From positions 652-64,651 of the forward strand of contig CAIXBQ010000133.1 in the NCBI GenBank assembly GCA_903917705.1: a stretch of DNA of 64,000 nt, given 5' to 3'. The position numbers and the translations under genes were made by a program. This DNA comes from an uncultured Verrucomicrobia subdivision 3 bacterium (GTDB taxonomy: Bacteria > Verrucomicrobiota > Verrucomicrobiia > Limisphaerales > UBA11358). Shown piece after piece: positions 1 through 9,614 of this stretch; the first letter of the stretch is position 1; each line of letters begins with the position of its first letter. Below the pieces are notes generated by a model. It was not told where the DNA came from, ran no database searches, and saw only the letters and a list, made by a program, of their open reading frames with translations.

Positions 1-112
1 ACTTGTGAACCGCGTCGCGCCCGGTGTGAATGACGCCGGAAATCAGGACTTCGTCGCCGACTTTCAGCGCGCGGACTTTTTCTTCGGTGAAGGGGAAGGA
101 GAGTTTGATCAT
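1..112 (-). CDS. Class I Fe-S fumarate hydratase beta subunit, N-terminal part (runs off window)
   Basis: Manual translation from ATG at 112: MIKLSFPFTEEKVRALKVGDEVLISGVIHTGRDAVHK; the LKVGD..SG...TGRD motif is typical of the beta subunit; alpha subunit lies upstream. Confidence 0.85.
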   Translation of the reverse strand, partial: MIKLSFPFTEEKVRALKVGDEVLISGVIHTGRDAVHK

Positions 113-115
113 AAA

Positions 116-502
116 TTAAGCACGGTTGAACCAGGCCTTGGTTTCGGGTTTTATCCAGTGAATCAATAAGGGAATGGTGGCTGGTAAAAAACAACAACTC
201 GTCAGCCCGAGACAGATGATAATCAGGTTGTAGACCCAAACCCACGGTTTGGCTGGCAACAAAAAAGGCAAGGCGCAGGCGATCGTCAGCGGCAGGCCGA
301 TGACGAAAAGCAACACCCATTCCATGATAAATCCGCCCCGTTCTTCGGCGGCATGAGTCTGGGTGCCGATCCAGAGCAGCACCGGCCCGGCCAGCACGCA
401 CAGGGCATAGATGGCCGTCATGACACCAGCATATACTTTGAACCAAAACAGGACTGGCGGCGGGGGATTCCCCGGCCCCAAGCCTGGACTTTCAACATTC
501 AT
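116..502 (-). CDS. Hypothetical membrane protein (about 4 TM segments)
   Basis: ORF fills the gap between the fumarase subunits; hydrophobic segments; ATG at 502 (TTG at 508 alternative). Confidence 0.7.
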   Translation of the reverse strand: MNVESPGLGPGNPPPPVLFWFKVYAGVMTAIYALCVLAGPVLLWIGTQTHAAEERGGFIMEWVLLFVIGLPLTIACALPFLLPAKPWVWVYNLIIICLGLTSCCFLPATIPLLIHWIKPETKAWFNRA

Positions 503-512
503 CACCAATTGA

Positions 513-1391
513 TCAATACAGCCATTTTCCGATCTTTCCCTCTGCGTCCAACGTCACGCCCTGGCGCCGGAACGCCCAGCACATGTAGCTCACGCTAACG
601 AAATAGGACGCCGGCACCCGGTTCGCCGCGCAGATCTTCACGCCCAGCAGCGTCGTCTTGCCGCCAAAACCCATCGGGCCGATGCCGAGTTCGTTCGCCG
701 TTTTCAAGATGTCCTGCTCCAGCGCGTCTAGCTTCGGCTCGGGATTGCGGTCGTCGAGCCGGCGGAGAAACTGCGTCTTGCTCAATTCGTAGCCCGTCGC
801 GCGGTCGCCGCCGATGCACACGCCCAGCACGCCCGGGCCGCAGCCCTTGCCCTGCGCCTGCAACACCGCGTCGAGAATCGCCTTGCGGCAGCCGTCGAAG
901 TCGCGGTTCGCGTGCAGCGCGTCATCGGGCAGCGAGTATTGCGCGCCGACGTTTTCGCAGCCGCCGCCCTTGAGCGCCAGTTTCACGCTGATTTCCGGCG
1001 AACGGTGCTGATGAAAATGCAATGACGGCGCCCCCGGCCCCACGTTGGTGCCGTCGTTCTTGCCGGTGAGCGAATCCACCGAGTTCTGCCGGAGATAACC
1101 CTTTTTCGTCGCCAGCGTCACCGCCTCGCGCGCCGTCTCGGCGAACGCGATCTGGTCGTAGCCGACCGGCACGTCCACATAAAACAGGATGCTGCCCGTG
1201 TCCTGGCAGACCGGCTGGGACTTGTTCTTCGCCAGCGCGATGTTCTGGTCAATGATCTTGAAGGCGTTGGCCGCGAGGGAACTTTTCTTCTCATTCTCCA
1301 GCGACGCGAGGATGGCCCGGTGGATGTCGTCGGGAATCTCGGCGGAAGTGCGGCGGATCAGTTCAACGAGTGAATCAAGCAATTGGCTCAT
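513..1391 (-). CDS. Class I Fe-S fumarate/tartrate hydratase alpha subunit
   Basis: PVCQDTG, KGGGCEN, GCGPG..GVCIGG, LGIGPMGFGG and CWAFRR motifs; start at MSQLLDS. Confidence 0.9.
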   Translation of the reverse strand: MSQLLDSLVELIRRTSAEIPDDIHRAILASLENEKKSSLAANAFKIIDQNIALAKNKSQPVCQDTGSILFYVDVPVGYDQIAFAETAREAVTLATKKGYLRQNSVDSLTGKNDGTNVGPGAPSLHFHQHRSPEISVKLALKGGGCENVGAQYSLPDDALHANRDFDGCRKAILDAVLQAQGKGCGPGVLGVCIGGDRATGYELSKTQFLRRLDDRNPEPKLDALEQDILKTANELGIGPMGFGGKTTLLGVKICAANRVPASYFVSVSYMCWAFRRQGVTLDAEGKIGKWLY

Positions 1392-1478
1392 AAGGTTCGG
1401 CTCCAGCGTAAGACCTCGCGCCCCGGTCGTCAATTGCACGAAGTTGCTTTTCCCCCCGCCGCCAGTTTTAATCTGCCG

Positions 1479-3740
1479 GTGCAACCCAGCGGCAGCGACA
1501 ACTTCGCCGACAAGCTTTTCACGCCCGGGCGCTTTGGAATCCTCCTAGCGCTGCTGGTGTTTGCCGCGTTTCCGCAGGTCATCCTCGGCCCGGAAACCTT
1601 CATCGCGCGCGACTTCGGCTTCTTCGCCTATCCGCTCGCCCATTTCCAGCAGGACTGCCTGCGGCAGGGCCAGCTGCCGTTCTGGAATCCTTACAACAAC
1701 TGCGGCGTGCCCTTCCTCGCGCAATGGAACACCATGCCGCTCTATCCGCCGGCGCTGTTTTATCTCGCCCTGCCGCTGGCGTGGTCGCTCGGCATGTTCA
1801 GCCTGCTGCACCTGTGGTTTGCGGGACTCGGCATGTTCCTGCTCGCGCGCCGCTGGTCCGGCCGCAACTTCGCCGCCGCCTTCGCCGGCGTCGCGTTCGC
1901 CTTCAACGGCTTCACGCTGAACCTGCTCATGTGGCCCAGCCACATCGCCACCTTCGCCTGGCTGCCGTGGGTCGTGCTGGCGGCGGAACTCGCGTGGCGC
2001 GAAGGCGGACCGAAAATCATTCTCGCCGCCTTCGCCGGGTCGATGCAGATGCTCGCCGGCGGACCGGAAACCATCCTGTTCACCTGGCTCATCGTCTCCG
2101 CCCTTTGGCTGCAGCAGCTCGTTATCCATGGCGGCCGCGCCGCCCTGCTCCGGCGATTCCCGCTCGTCATCGGGCTGGTCATTGCGCTCACCGCCGAGCA
2201 GTTGCTCCCGTTCCTCGACCTCGTCGCCCACGCGCAGCGCACCGCTGGCTTTGCCGACCTGCGCTGGTCCATGCCCGGCTGGGGCTGGGCGAACTTCCTC
2301 GTGCCGATGGCGTTCGGCTCCACTGTCACCGAGGGCATCTTCTTCCAGCACGGCCAGTACTGGACCTCGTCCTATTATCTCGGCCTCGGAACCTTGTGGC
2401 TGGCGCTGCTGGCCTTCCGGGCGGGGCGGGAATCGGTTGTATCCAAAGATAAATTACGGTCGCTCGGGGCCATCGCCATCACCGGGCTCGTCCTTGCGCT
2501 CGGCGATAACACGCCGGTGCTGCCCGCGCTGCGCCAGCTGCTGCCGCAATTAAGCTTCATCACCTATCCCATCAAATACTTTGCCGTCGTCATCTTCGCC
2601 GCGCCCCTGCTCGCGGCGCTGGCGCTGGCGGACTTTCCGAATGTTCAGGCGCGACTCCGGCCGCTCGGCGCAATCCTGTTCGCGCTCATCCTCGGCATCA
2701 TCGGCTGGACCCAGTTCGCGCCCATGGTTGGCGACCAGCCGCATGCCGCCCTGCTCAACGGCCTATCCCGCGCCGCATTCCTGCTCCTGACCGGGATGCT
2801 CCTGCTGGCCCTCACCCGCCCGGCCTCCTCCCGCCTGTTGCTCGCCACGCCCCTCCTGTTGATCCTGACGGCCTGGCTGGACGTGTACACGCATGAGCCG
2901 GCGCAGAATCCCACCGTGCCGCCGTGGGTTTACCAGCCGGGCATCTCCCGCGAACGCCTCGGCCTGAATCCGCAGCCCGAACTCGGCGGCGCGCGCGCGA
3001 TGGTCTCGCCGATGGCGGCGAACGAGTTCATCAACTTCGCCGCCAGCGACCCCAAGAACAACTTCCTCGCCAAGCGCCTCGGCTACTGCGCGGACGCCAA
3101 CGTCCTCGACGCCGTGCCCAAGGTGGACGGCTTCTTCTCGCTCACGCCGCGCGAAAGCGACTCCGTGCTGTCGCTCTTTTACACCACGACCAACGCCAGC
3201 TATCCCCGCCTCGAGGATTTTCTGGGCGTCGCCCAAATCACCGCGCCGGACAACGTCCTTCACTGGCAGACCCGCAACCGCTTCCTGCCGCTCGTCACCG
3301 CCGGGCAATCGCCCGTGTTCCTCGACGACGCGGCCGCGCTCCGGGCGCTGACGGGAAATGATTTCGACGGCAGCCGGCTGGTCTTCCTCCCGCCGGAGCT
3401 GAAACCGTTCGTGACCGTTTCCAACCACACGGCCGCCAGAATCCTTAGTTCCAGATTCGGATATCAAACGGTGGACATCGAGGCCGAAGCGGACGCGCCC
3501 TCCCTCGTCGTCATCGCGCAAACCTATTATCACAACTGGCAGGCCCGGCTGGATGATTCCAACGTTCGGCAGCCGCTCCTGCGCGCCAACGTCGCCTTTC
3601 AGGCCGTGCAGATTCCCGCCGGCCGGCACCGGGTTCATCTCAGTTATCATGACCGCGCCTTTCAGATCGGCGCGGTCCTCTCCGGTCTCGCGTGGCTGGG
3701 CAGCCTGCTGGCGCTCGGGCGATGGCGCCGCCAGCCGTAA
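1479..3740 (+). CDS. YfhO-family polytopic membrane protein (GT-C-like glycosyltransferase)
   Basis: LPFWNPYNNCGVPFLA and YPP motifs, many TM helices, C-terminal YYHNWQA..RANVAFQAV.IPAGRH; GTG start inferred. Confidence 0.8.
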   Translation: MQPSGSDNFADKLFTPGRFGILLALLVFAAFPQVILGPETFIARDFGFFAYPLAHFQQDCLRQGQLPFWNPYNNCGVPFLAQWNTMPLYPPALFYLALPLAWSLGMFSLLHLWFAGLGMFLLARRWSGRNFAAAFAGVAFAFNGFTLNLLMWPSHIATFAWLPWVVLAAELAWREGGPKIILAAFAGSMQMLAGGPETILFTWLIVSALWLQQLVIHGGRAALLRRFPLVIGLVIALTAEQLLPFLDLVAHAQRTAGFADLRWSMPGWGWANFLVPMAFGSTVTEGIFFQHGQYWTSSYYLGLGTLWLALLAFRAGRESVVSKDKLRSLGAIAITGLVLALGDNTPVLPALRQLLPQLSFITYPIKYFAVVIFAAPLLAALALADFPNVQARLRPLGAILFALILGIIGWTQFAPMVGDQPHAALLNGLSRAAFLLLTGMLLLALTRPASSRLLLATPLLLILTAWLDVYTHEPAQNPTVPPWVYQPGISRERLGLNPQPELGGARAMVSPMAANEFINFAASDPKNNFLAKRLGYCADANVLDAVPKVDGFFSLTPRESDSVLSLFYTTTNASYPRLEDFLGVAQITAPDNVLHWQTRNRFLPLVTAGQSPVFLDDAAALRALTGNDFDGSRLVFLPPELKPFVTVSNHTAARILSSRFGYQTVDIEAEADAPSLVVIAQTYYHNWQARLDDSNVRQPLLRANVAFQAVQIPAGRHRVHLSYHDRAFQIGAVLSGLAWLGSLLALGRWRRQP

Positions 3741-3797
3741 AGATATTTAAAAGTTCTGCTCGACAATTTTGTTGGGCAGTTTCAAATGACTCGCGGC

Positions 3798-4925
3798 ATG
3801 GGCAACAAAATCAAACGCATCGGCATCCTCACCGCTGGCGGCGACAGCCCCGGCCTCAACGCCGCCATCCGCGGCGTCGGCAAAGCGGCTCTCAACTACG
3901 GCATGGAGCTCGTCGGCTTCCGCGACGGCTTCCGCGGCCTCGTCGAAAACCGCCGCATCAAGCTCGACAAGTCCACCCTCGCCGGCATTCTCACCGTCGG
4001 CGGCACCATCCTCGGCACCAGCCGCGACAAGCCCCACCGCATGGTCATTGACGGCCGCACCCGCGACATGACCGACGTCATCAAGTCCAACTACAAGGCT
4101 TGGGGCCTCGACTGCGTGGTCTGCCTCGGCGGCGGCGGCACCCAGAAGAATGCGCTCCGGCTGAAACAGGCCGGCCTCAATGTCATCACCCTGCCCAAGA
4201 CCATTGACAACGATGTGGCCATGACCGATGCCACCTTCGGCTTCGCCACCGCCCTCGACATCGCCACCGACACGCTGGACCGCCTGCACAGCACCGCGCA
4301 CAGCCATCACCGCATCATCGTCGCCGAGATCATGGGGCACCGCGCCGGGTGGCTCACCCTGGGCGCCGGCATCGCCGGCGGGGCGGATGTCATTCTCATC
4401 CCGGAAATCCCCTATGACGTGGTGAAGATCGCCGAGGCCATCCGCCGACGCAGCCGGCGCGGAACGAATTTCAGCATCGTGGCCGTGGCCGAAGGCGCCA
4501 TGAGCCGGGACGACGCCCGCGCCTTTGACGCCGCCAACAAAAAGCTCGAGCGCGCCCGCACCCTGCACGACAAGAAAGAGGCCAAGTCCGAGCTCGCCAC
4601 CCTCGACGTGCGCCACGCCGGCAACACCCTGCGGCTGGCCAAGCATCTGGAGGAGCTCACCCACCTCGAATCCCGCGTGACCATTCTCGGCTATGTCCAG
4701 CGCGGCGGCACGCCCAGCGCGGCCGACCGCGTGCTGGCCACCCGCCTGGGCAGCGCCTGTGCCGACTTGATCGAGGAGGAACATTACGGCGTCATGGTCG
4801 CCGCGCGCGGCGACGGCACCGAAGCCGTCCCCCTGGAAAAGGTCGCCGGCAAACGCAAGGTCGTTCCCCCCGACCACTCGTGGGTTCAGACCGCCCGCCA
4901 TGTGGGCACCTGCCTCGGCGATTAG
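3798..4925 (+). CDS. pfkA: 6-phosphofructokinase
   Basis: [32 protein letters not shown] and LGYVQRGG motifs. Confidence 0.92.
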   Translation: MGNKIKRIGILTAGGDSPGLNAAIRGVGKAALNYGMELVGFRDGFRGLVENRRIKLDKSTLAGILTVGGTILGTSRDKPHRMVIDGRTRDMTDVIKSNYKAWGLDCVVCLGGGGTQKNALRLKQAGLNVITLPKTIDNDVAMTDATFGFATALDIATDTLDRLHSTAHSHHRIIVAEIMGHRAGWLTLGAGIAGGADVILIPEIPYDVVKIAEAIRRRSRRGTNFSIVAVAEGAMSRDDARAFDAANKKLERARTLHDKKEAKSELATLDVRHAGNTLRLAKHLEELTHLESRVTILGYVQRGGTPSAADRVLATRLGSACADLIEEEHYGVMVAARGDGTEAVPLEKVAGKRKVVPPDHSWVQTARHVGTCLGD

Positions 4926-5030
4926 TCCCCTTACAGGGCTGCTTGATTCCAGCCCGGCCGCCAGACCGATTTGCCCGTCGCTGCGCTTTGATTTAATCGA
5001 CCCGCTGCCCGTGTCTTAAACCCATTGACC

Positions 5031-7190
5031 ATGAAAACCAAACTGTCCCTGCTCCTTCTCGGCCTGGTCGTCGCCGGTCTCATTCCATTCACGGAAAATA
5101 TTCGCGCCGCCGCGCCGGGCCAAGGCGCCGTCGCCCCAACGCAATCGCTCCCATCGGTCTGGCCCGAGCCGTATACGGTTCAACGCAACCGCCGCGAGGG
5201 AACGCTCGCCCTCAGTGTCCCCTATTACACGATTCAATACGACCTGCACCGCGGCGGCGCCATTGCCGGCATCCGCCTCACCCATGGACAAGCCGCCAAT
5301 CTCCTCGTCCAGCCCCTCGAGACCCGCGTCATCGACGCCGACGGCCGCGTCTTCTCCGACCTCGCCGATGCCGCTCCCGTCGTCTTCACCCGCCAAGACG
5401 GCCTCAACCAGCTCGTCACCGTCGAGAGCGAATTGAAAGACCCGCAGCACCAGCCCGCCGGCGTCCGCGTGAAAACCCTCTACGACTGCCGCTGGGGTTA
5501 TCTCAAGATTCACCGCGAACTCAGCTTCAGCGACCCGAAATTCCGCGCCCGCGAAATCTGCCCCGTGGCCGCCGTCCTCGCGCCCACGCTCACCGCGTTC
5601 GGCTATCGCGACGGCTTGAGCGAACAGGAAGGCGCCCCCGCCTTTCCCTTTGGCAGTTGCCATTGGGGCCGCGTGAAGCTCGCGGGCGAACCGGCCAATG
5701 CCATCCCCTCCCCGTTTGTTCCCCACTATGTCATGCTCGCCAATCCGGGCGTCGAGGGACTCGAATGGTTCGCCGCCGACGACCTCGCGCAATGGGAGTC
5801 ACCCTTGTCCGGCCAGCGCGGCCAGGGCCGGACCCTCCTCGCCGCCTCCGCGCAGCCCGACGGCATCCGCTTCGCCATCTCGCCTTATCAGTCCGAAACC
5901 AACGCCGCCGCTTTGCCCGCCCGGCTCGTCTTTGATTTTTACCTTGGCTTGCCCCTGCTCGAAGGCCACGCCTTTCAACCCTGGCTCAACGCCTCCTTCA
6001 ATCGCAACCACGGCGACTGGGTCAGCCCCGCTCAAATCCGGCAATGGGCCACCAACGGCATCCAGACCGTCCACTGCCACAACGACGGCGACTACTATGG
6101 CGACGGACTCTACTGGCGCGACGGCTCATATCCGCCTTATCCCGACATGGACAAATACGATGCCGTCCTCAACGGCTGCCATCAGGCCGGCCTCCGCACC
6201 GCCACCTATTTTTCCAACAAAGAGCTCAACCCCGACACCCCCGAATACCAGGCGCACAGCCTCGAATGGGGACGCATGAACCGCACCGGCCGGCTGGAAC
6301 ACAACGGCTTCAACGACAAAAGCGAGTTCGGCGCCCAGATGTGCCTCCACTCCGGCTGGCTCGACTTCTTCAAGCACTCCGTCGACCGCGTCCTCGCGCA
6401 GAACCCCCTCGATGGCGTGTATTACGACTGGAGCGTCGCCCTGCGCTGCAGCAACCCGCGCCACGAAGGCCTCACCACCAACCAGCCCGCCGCCGGCCAT
6501 TGGGACATCGACGAACTGCTCAACCTCATGGAATGGACCCGCCACCGCGTCGGCCCCAACGGCCTTGTCATCATCCACAACACCAGCACCCCCCTGTTCG
6601 CCGCCGAGAACTTCGCCAGCCATGTCGTCGCCCATGAATGGGGTTACCCCAAATGGACCGGCAACGGCCCCGACCTCACCGCCCTGCCCCTCGAATGGTC
6701 CCTCGTCAACGCCCGGCCCCGCGGCGTCATCAGCTACAACATGGTCGGCGACAACGCCTCCCCCCACCTGCACCGGCTCTTCGCCCTCCAGGCCCTGCTA
6801 TCCAACGTCAGCCCCTGGCCCGCCAGCCCCGAAGCCGAAGCGCTGTATCCCGTCCTCAAACCCATCGGCGACCTCGCCACCTGCCGCTTTGCCGATTGGC
6901 GCAATCCCGCCGTCACCCTCACCGGACAACGATTTGGATCCGCCATCTTCAGCCGCCCCGGCGAAGCCTGGATCCTCCTTGGCAACCTGGACGACACCCC
7001 GCGACAAGTCACCTGCGCCATCCAGCCCGGGAAATTGCCGTATCCCCTGACCGCCCTCCACGCCGCCAACCGTCTGTCCGACCCCAATCAACCGGCCCAC
7101 CCCGAGCCCTTGGACATCGGACAATTGACCGGCCCCGGCGTCCAACTGACCCTCCCCGCCGACACCGCCATCCTGCTCCATGTGCGCTAA
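5031..7190 (+). CDS. Secreted putative glycoside hydrolase (TIM-barrel-like, family unassigned)
   Basis: Signal peptide MKTKLSLLLLGLVVAG; MC..SGW and DGVYYDW motifs recall GH-like barrels. Confidence 0.55.
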   Translation: MKTKLSLLLLGLVVAGLIPFTENIRAAAPGQGAVAPTQSLPSVWPEPYTVQRNRREGTLALSVPYYTIQYDLHRGGAIAGIRLTHGQAANLLVQPLETRVIDADGRVFSDLADAAPVVFTRQDGLNQLVTVESELKDPQHQPAGVRVKTLYDCRWGYLKIHRELSFSDPKFRAREICPVAAVLAPTLTAFGYRDGLSEQEGAPAFPFGSCHWGRVKLAGEPANAIPSPFVPHYVMLANPGVEGLEWFAADDLAQWESPLSGQRGQGRTLLAASAQPDGIRFAISPYQSETNAAALPARLVFDFYLGLPLLEGHAFQPWLNASFNRNHGDWVSPAQIRQWATNGIQTVHCHNDGDYYGDGLYWRDGSYPPYPDMDKYDAVLNGCHQAGLRTATYFSNKELNPDTPEYQAHSLEWGRMNRTGRLEHNGFNDKSEFGAQMCLHSGWLDFFKHSVDRVLAQNPLDGVYYDWSVALRCSNPRHEGLTTNQPAAGHWDIDELLNLMEWTRHRVGPNGLVIIHNTSTPLFAAENFASHVVAHEWGYPKWTGNGPDLTALPLEWSLVNARPRGVISYNMVGDNASPHLHRLFALQALLSNVSPWPASPEAEALYPVLKPIGDLATCRFADWRNPAVTLTGQRFGSAIFSRPGEAWILLGNLDDTPRQVTCAIQPGKLPYPLTALHAANRLSDPNQPAHPEPLDIGQLTGPGVQLTLPADTAILLHVR

Positions 7191-7273
7191 GCGCATTTAT
7201 TCAGGGCCGAACGCTCAATCAACGACCCTGAAAACCCAGGCATTTTCCATCAACATTGCGACCAACGACCCGA

Positions 7274-7330
7274 TGGTAGGGCTGACCTGCTGGTCAGCCA
7301 ACCCGGCGGCGCCGCAGCGCCGCCCTACCA
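7274..7330. repeat. GTAG-type REP doublet
   Basis: TGGTAGGGC...GCCCTACCA termini with internal hairpins GGCTGACC/GGTCAGCC and GGCGGCGC/GCGCCGCC. Confidence 0.7.
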
Positions 7331-7388
7331 CCCGAAGCGCCAAAGGCTGATGGCCGCAACCCGCGCGCAGAGTCGGGATATTCCAGTT

Positions 7389-7413
7389 GGTGAGGCGAGA
7401 CTCCGTCGAGCCC
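7389..7413. repeat. Single degenerate REP-like unit
   Basis: GGTGAGGCGAGACTCCGTCGAGCCC resembles the GGTGGGGCGAG...CGAGCC arm at 9488. Confidence 0.45.
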
Positions 7414-7522
7414 TGAACGAACCCCCATTACAGCCTCGACAAGCTCAATCAACCGGCACAACCTCGAAGCCATGTAACCTCATGCCTATAATATCGGTAG
7501 GCTAGCCTCAGCGATTCACATT

Positions 7523-8008
7523 ATGAAAATCCACATCGCAGTTTTTTTTATCCTATGCCTTGCCTTCGAGTTGGCAGCGCGACAAATAACAGCATGGACC
7601 TATGACATGCTCAACGACCAAGCAACGCTAGTTGCGATTGCTACTCCCATTTCCGTGAAAACCACCTCAGAACGAACAAACGTGCTCGTTGATATTTCAA
7701 CCAGGGGAACTGAGACGACCTTCAAAGTTCTTACCATTCTTAAGGGAGACCGCAAAATTGAGTCATTTATCCTGCATCATTTAACACTTGATGACTCGAG
7801 GATGCAAAAAGTCATTACTGCCCAACCGAACCTGATTTCATTTGAACCTAAAAGCTACAAAGTCTATCTGGTTTTTCTTCAGAAAGAGGCTGATGGCCGC
7901 TACGTAGCGGTTTCTGGACAAACAGATCCGGCATATTCAGTGAAGCAATTAAACGATAAAGCTAGTCCTTTTGAATTTGGGATTCCGCCTGACGCAAAAG
8001 CGTTTTAA
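7523..8008 (+). CDS. Hypothetical exported protein
   Basis: 161-aa ORF with signal-peptide-like N-terminus; visibly more AT-rich than flanking genes. Confidence 0.7.
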   Translation: MKIHIAVFFILCLAFELAARQITAWTYDMLNDQATLVAIATPISVKTTSERTNVLVDISTRGTETTFKVLTILKGDRKIESFILHHLTLDDSRMQKVITAQPNLISFEPKSYKVYLVFLQKEADGRYVAVSGQTDPAYSVKQLNDKASPFEFGIPPDAKAF

Positions 8009-8130
8009 TTCTTCACCTCCACGCCCTGAACCCTCGCCGCTCCGTCCTGAAACGCCGTCCCTCGGACCGTTCTGGCGGAGCCAAAAAAGCCATTTATCGA
8101 TATTCAGGCCGTTTCCGTCATTTTTCAGAC

Positions 8131-8340
8131 TGGATTAGTCGCTAATCCACCTGGATGAGTCGCTAATCCACCTGGATGAGTCACTCATCCACCTGGTTTA
8201 GTCGCTCATCCACCCAGATGAGTCGCTCATCCACCTGGTTTAGTCGCTCATCCATGCGGATGAGTCGCTCATCCACCTTGATTTGTCACTCATCCACCTG
8301 GTTGAGTGACTTATCCACCCTGATTTTTCACCCTTCCATC
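8131..8340. repeat. Tandem array of about 10 palindromic 21-bp units (consensus TGGATGAGTCGCTCATCCACC)
   Basis: Unit starts at 8131, 8152, 8173, 8194, 8215, 8236, 8257, 8278, 8299, 8320; TGGATGAG/CTCATCCA dyad. Confidence 0.9.
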
Positions 8341-8441
8341 CGGTTGGCTGACGCCCCGACTTTGAAAAATCGGGCCCTGCGGCCGGTTGGCTGCCATGGC
8401 GGTTCAAATATTGACCGTCACAACTTGAATGTCGGCCGAAT

Positions 8442-8515
8442 GGTAGGGCGGGCAGTCCCCTGCCCGCCGTCGTAGGACTGTATGGCTCCGGCGCGCACGG
8501 AGTGCGCGCCCTACC
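8442..8515. repeat. GTAG-type REP doublet
   Basis: GGTAGGGCG...CGCCCTACC termini with internal hairpins GGCGGGCA/TGCCCGCC and GGCGCGCAC/GTGCGCGCC. Confidence 0.75.
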
Positions 8516-8771
8516 GCGGTCAGGGTCATCGTGAGTTTCCATATTCAGGGTCGCCGGGTCGCGATATGACCCGGTGCGCTGAGGCGATGACCTTGATTTG
8601 AAGACTATTTAATACACTTCTTTAGCGTATCGAATACATTAGATATTTATTTGACTAGAGAATCCAGGTGTGCGACTGAAAAGGTATCATCGAAAGCCTC
8701 GCCCGAGTGCTTGCCAGAGATTCGACGAGTCTTTCCGCGGTCAACGAAACTGAAACGAAAGCGAGTATCAA

Positions 8772-9383
8772 ATGAAAATAAAAGTCCTTCGGAACTATAA
8801 ACACAAGAGCGCCCCGCTTTTCGGGGAGTTCTGTTTGCACCTCTATGATTGTCTGGTGGCGCTGGGCGCCTGGCCCATCATCATCATGGCGGCGGACCTG
8901 TTCAAGGGGAAGGTCCTGGATTACAACGAGTCGGTGGCCAAGACCATCGGCGGCAACACGACGGACACGGCCAATCGAACCGCGCTCCGGGCGGAATTGA
9001 CGGGCATCGTGGATCAATTGGCGGATTGGGCGGACAAGGACGCGAATGGTGACGCGGCCACGATCGTTTCCTACGGGTTTGAACATACGGACACGGTCAA
9101 GAGTTCGTCGCCGCTCGCCACGCCATCGATCAAGTCGATCAAAACCATCAGCGGCGGCAGAATGAAACTGCTGGTCATCGCCATTCTCCATGCGCATGGC
9201 TATGAGGTGCAGGTGCGCATCGGCGAAGGGCCGTGGGTCAGCCAGACGCCGTTTCAAAGCACGCGCAACATGATCCTGCAAAATCTGGTGCCGGGGACGA
9301 ACTACCAGATTCGCGTGCGGGCCGTGGGCGGAAGCCTCGGGTTCAGCGAGTGGAGCGCGGTGTTCACCCAGGTTTGCACCTGA
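8772..9383 (+). CDS. Helical N-domain + fibronectin type III domain protein
   Basis: C-terminal NLVPGTNYQIRVRAVGG....SEWS is an FN3 signature; amphipathic helical N-half; no signal peptide. Confidence 0.8.
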   Translation: MKIKVLRNYKHKSAPLFGEFCLHLYDCLVALGAWPIIIMAADLFKGKVLDYNESVAKTIGGNTTDTANRTALRAELTGIVDQLADWADKDANGDAATIVSYGFEHTDTVKSSSPLATPSIKSIKTISGGRMKLLVIAILHAHGYEVQVRIGEGPWVSQTPFQSTRNMILQNLVPGTNYQIRVRAVGGSLGFSEWSAVFTQVCT

Positions 9384-9406
9384 TGCCGGATTGAAGACTG
9401 AAACAC

Positions 9407-9444
9407 GGGCATGGCAAAACCATCGGGGTTTGGCCATGCCCTTT
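9407..9444 (+). terminator. Probable intrinsic terminator
   Basis: GGGCATGGC..AAACC / GGTTT.GCCATGCCC stem followed by TTT, just after the stop codon. Confidence 0.6.
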
Positions 9445-9487
9445 CGCTTGATGATGGGAAGCGGCGACACGGGGAGAAGGCTTTGAC

Positions 9488-9614
9488 TGGTGGGGCGAGC
9501 GTACTCGCGAGCCGGTCCTTCCGGACGGGCACCATATTGAAGCTGACTGGATACAGACTCGTCCCCTTGGTGGCCCGCCGCCAAGCGCGGCTCGCGAGTA
9601 CGCTCGCCCCACCA
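9488..9614. repeat. REPIN-like element with a 27-bp perfect inverted repeat
   Basis: TGGTGGGGCGAGCGTACTCGCGAGCCG (9488-9514) and its exact reverse complement (9588-9614). Confidence 0.85.

Noticed and set aside
8131-8340. CRISPR interpretation of the 21-bp array (and the 20-bp array at 33402)
   Set aside because: Units are contiguous with no unique spacers, and no cas genes are in the window.
8176-8542. ORFs 8176-8475 (+) and 8240-8542 (-)
   Set aside because: Translations of the repeat array and REP; the same frames hit stops within the array.
8655-9584. 309-aa minus-strand ORF
   Set aside because: Antisense shadow of the FN3 gene and REPIN.
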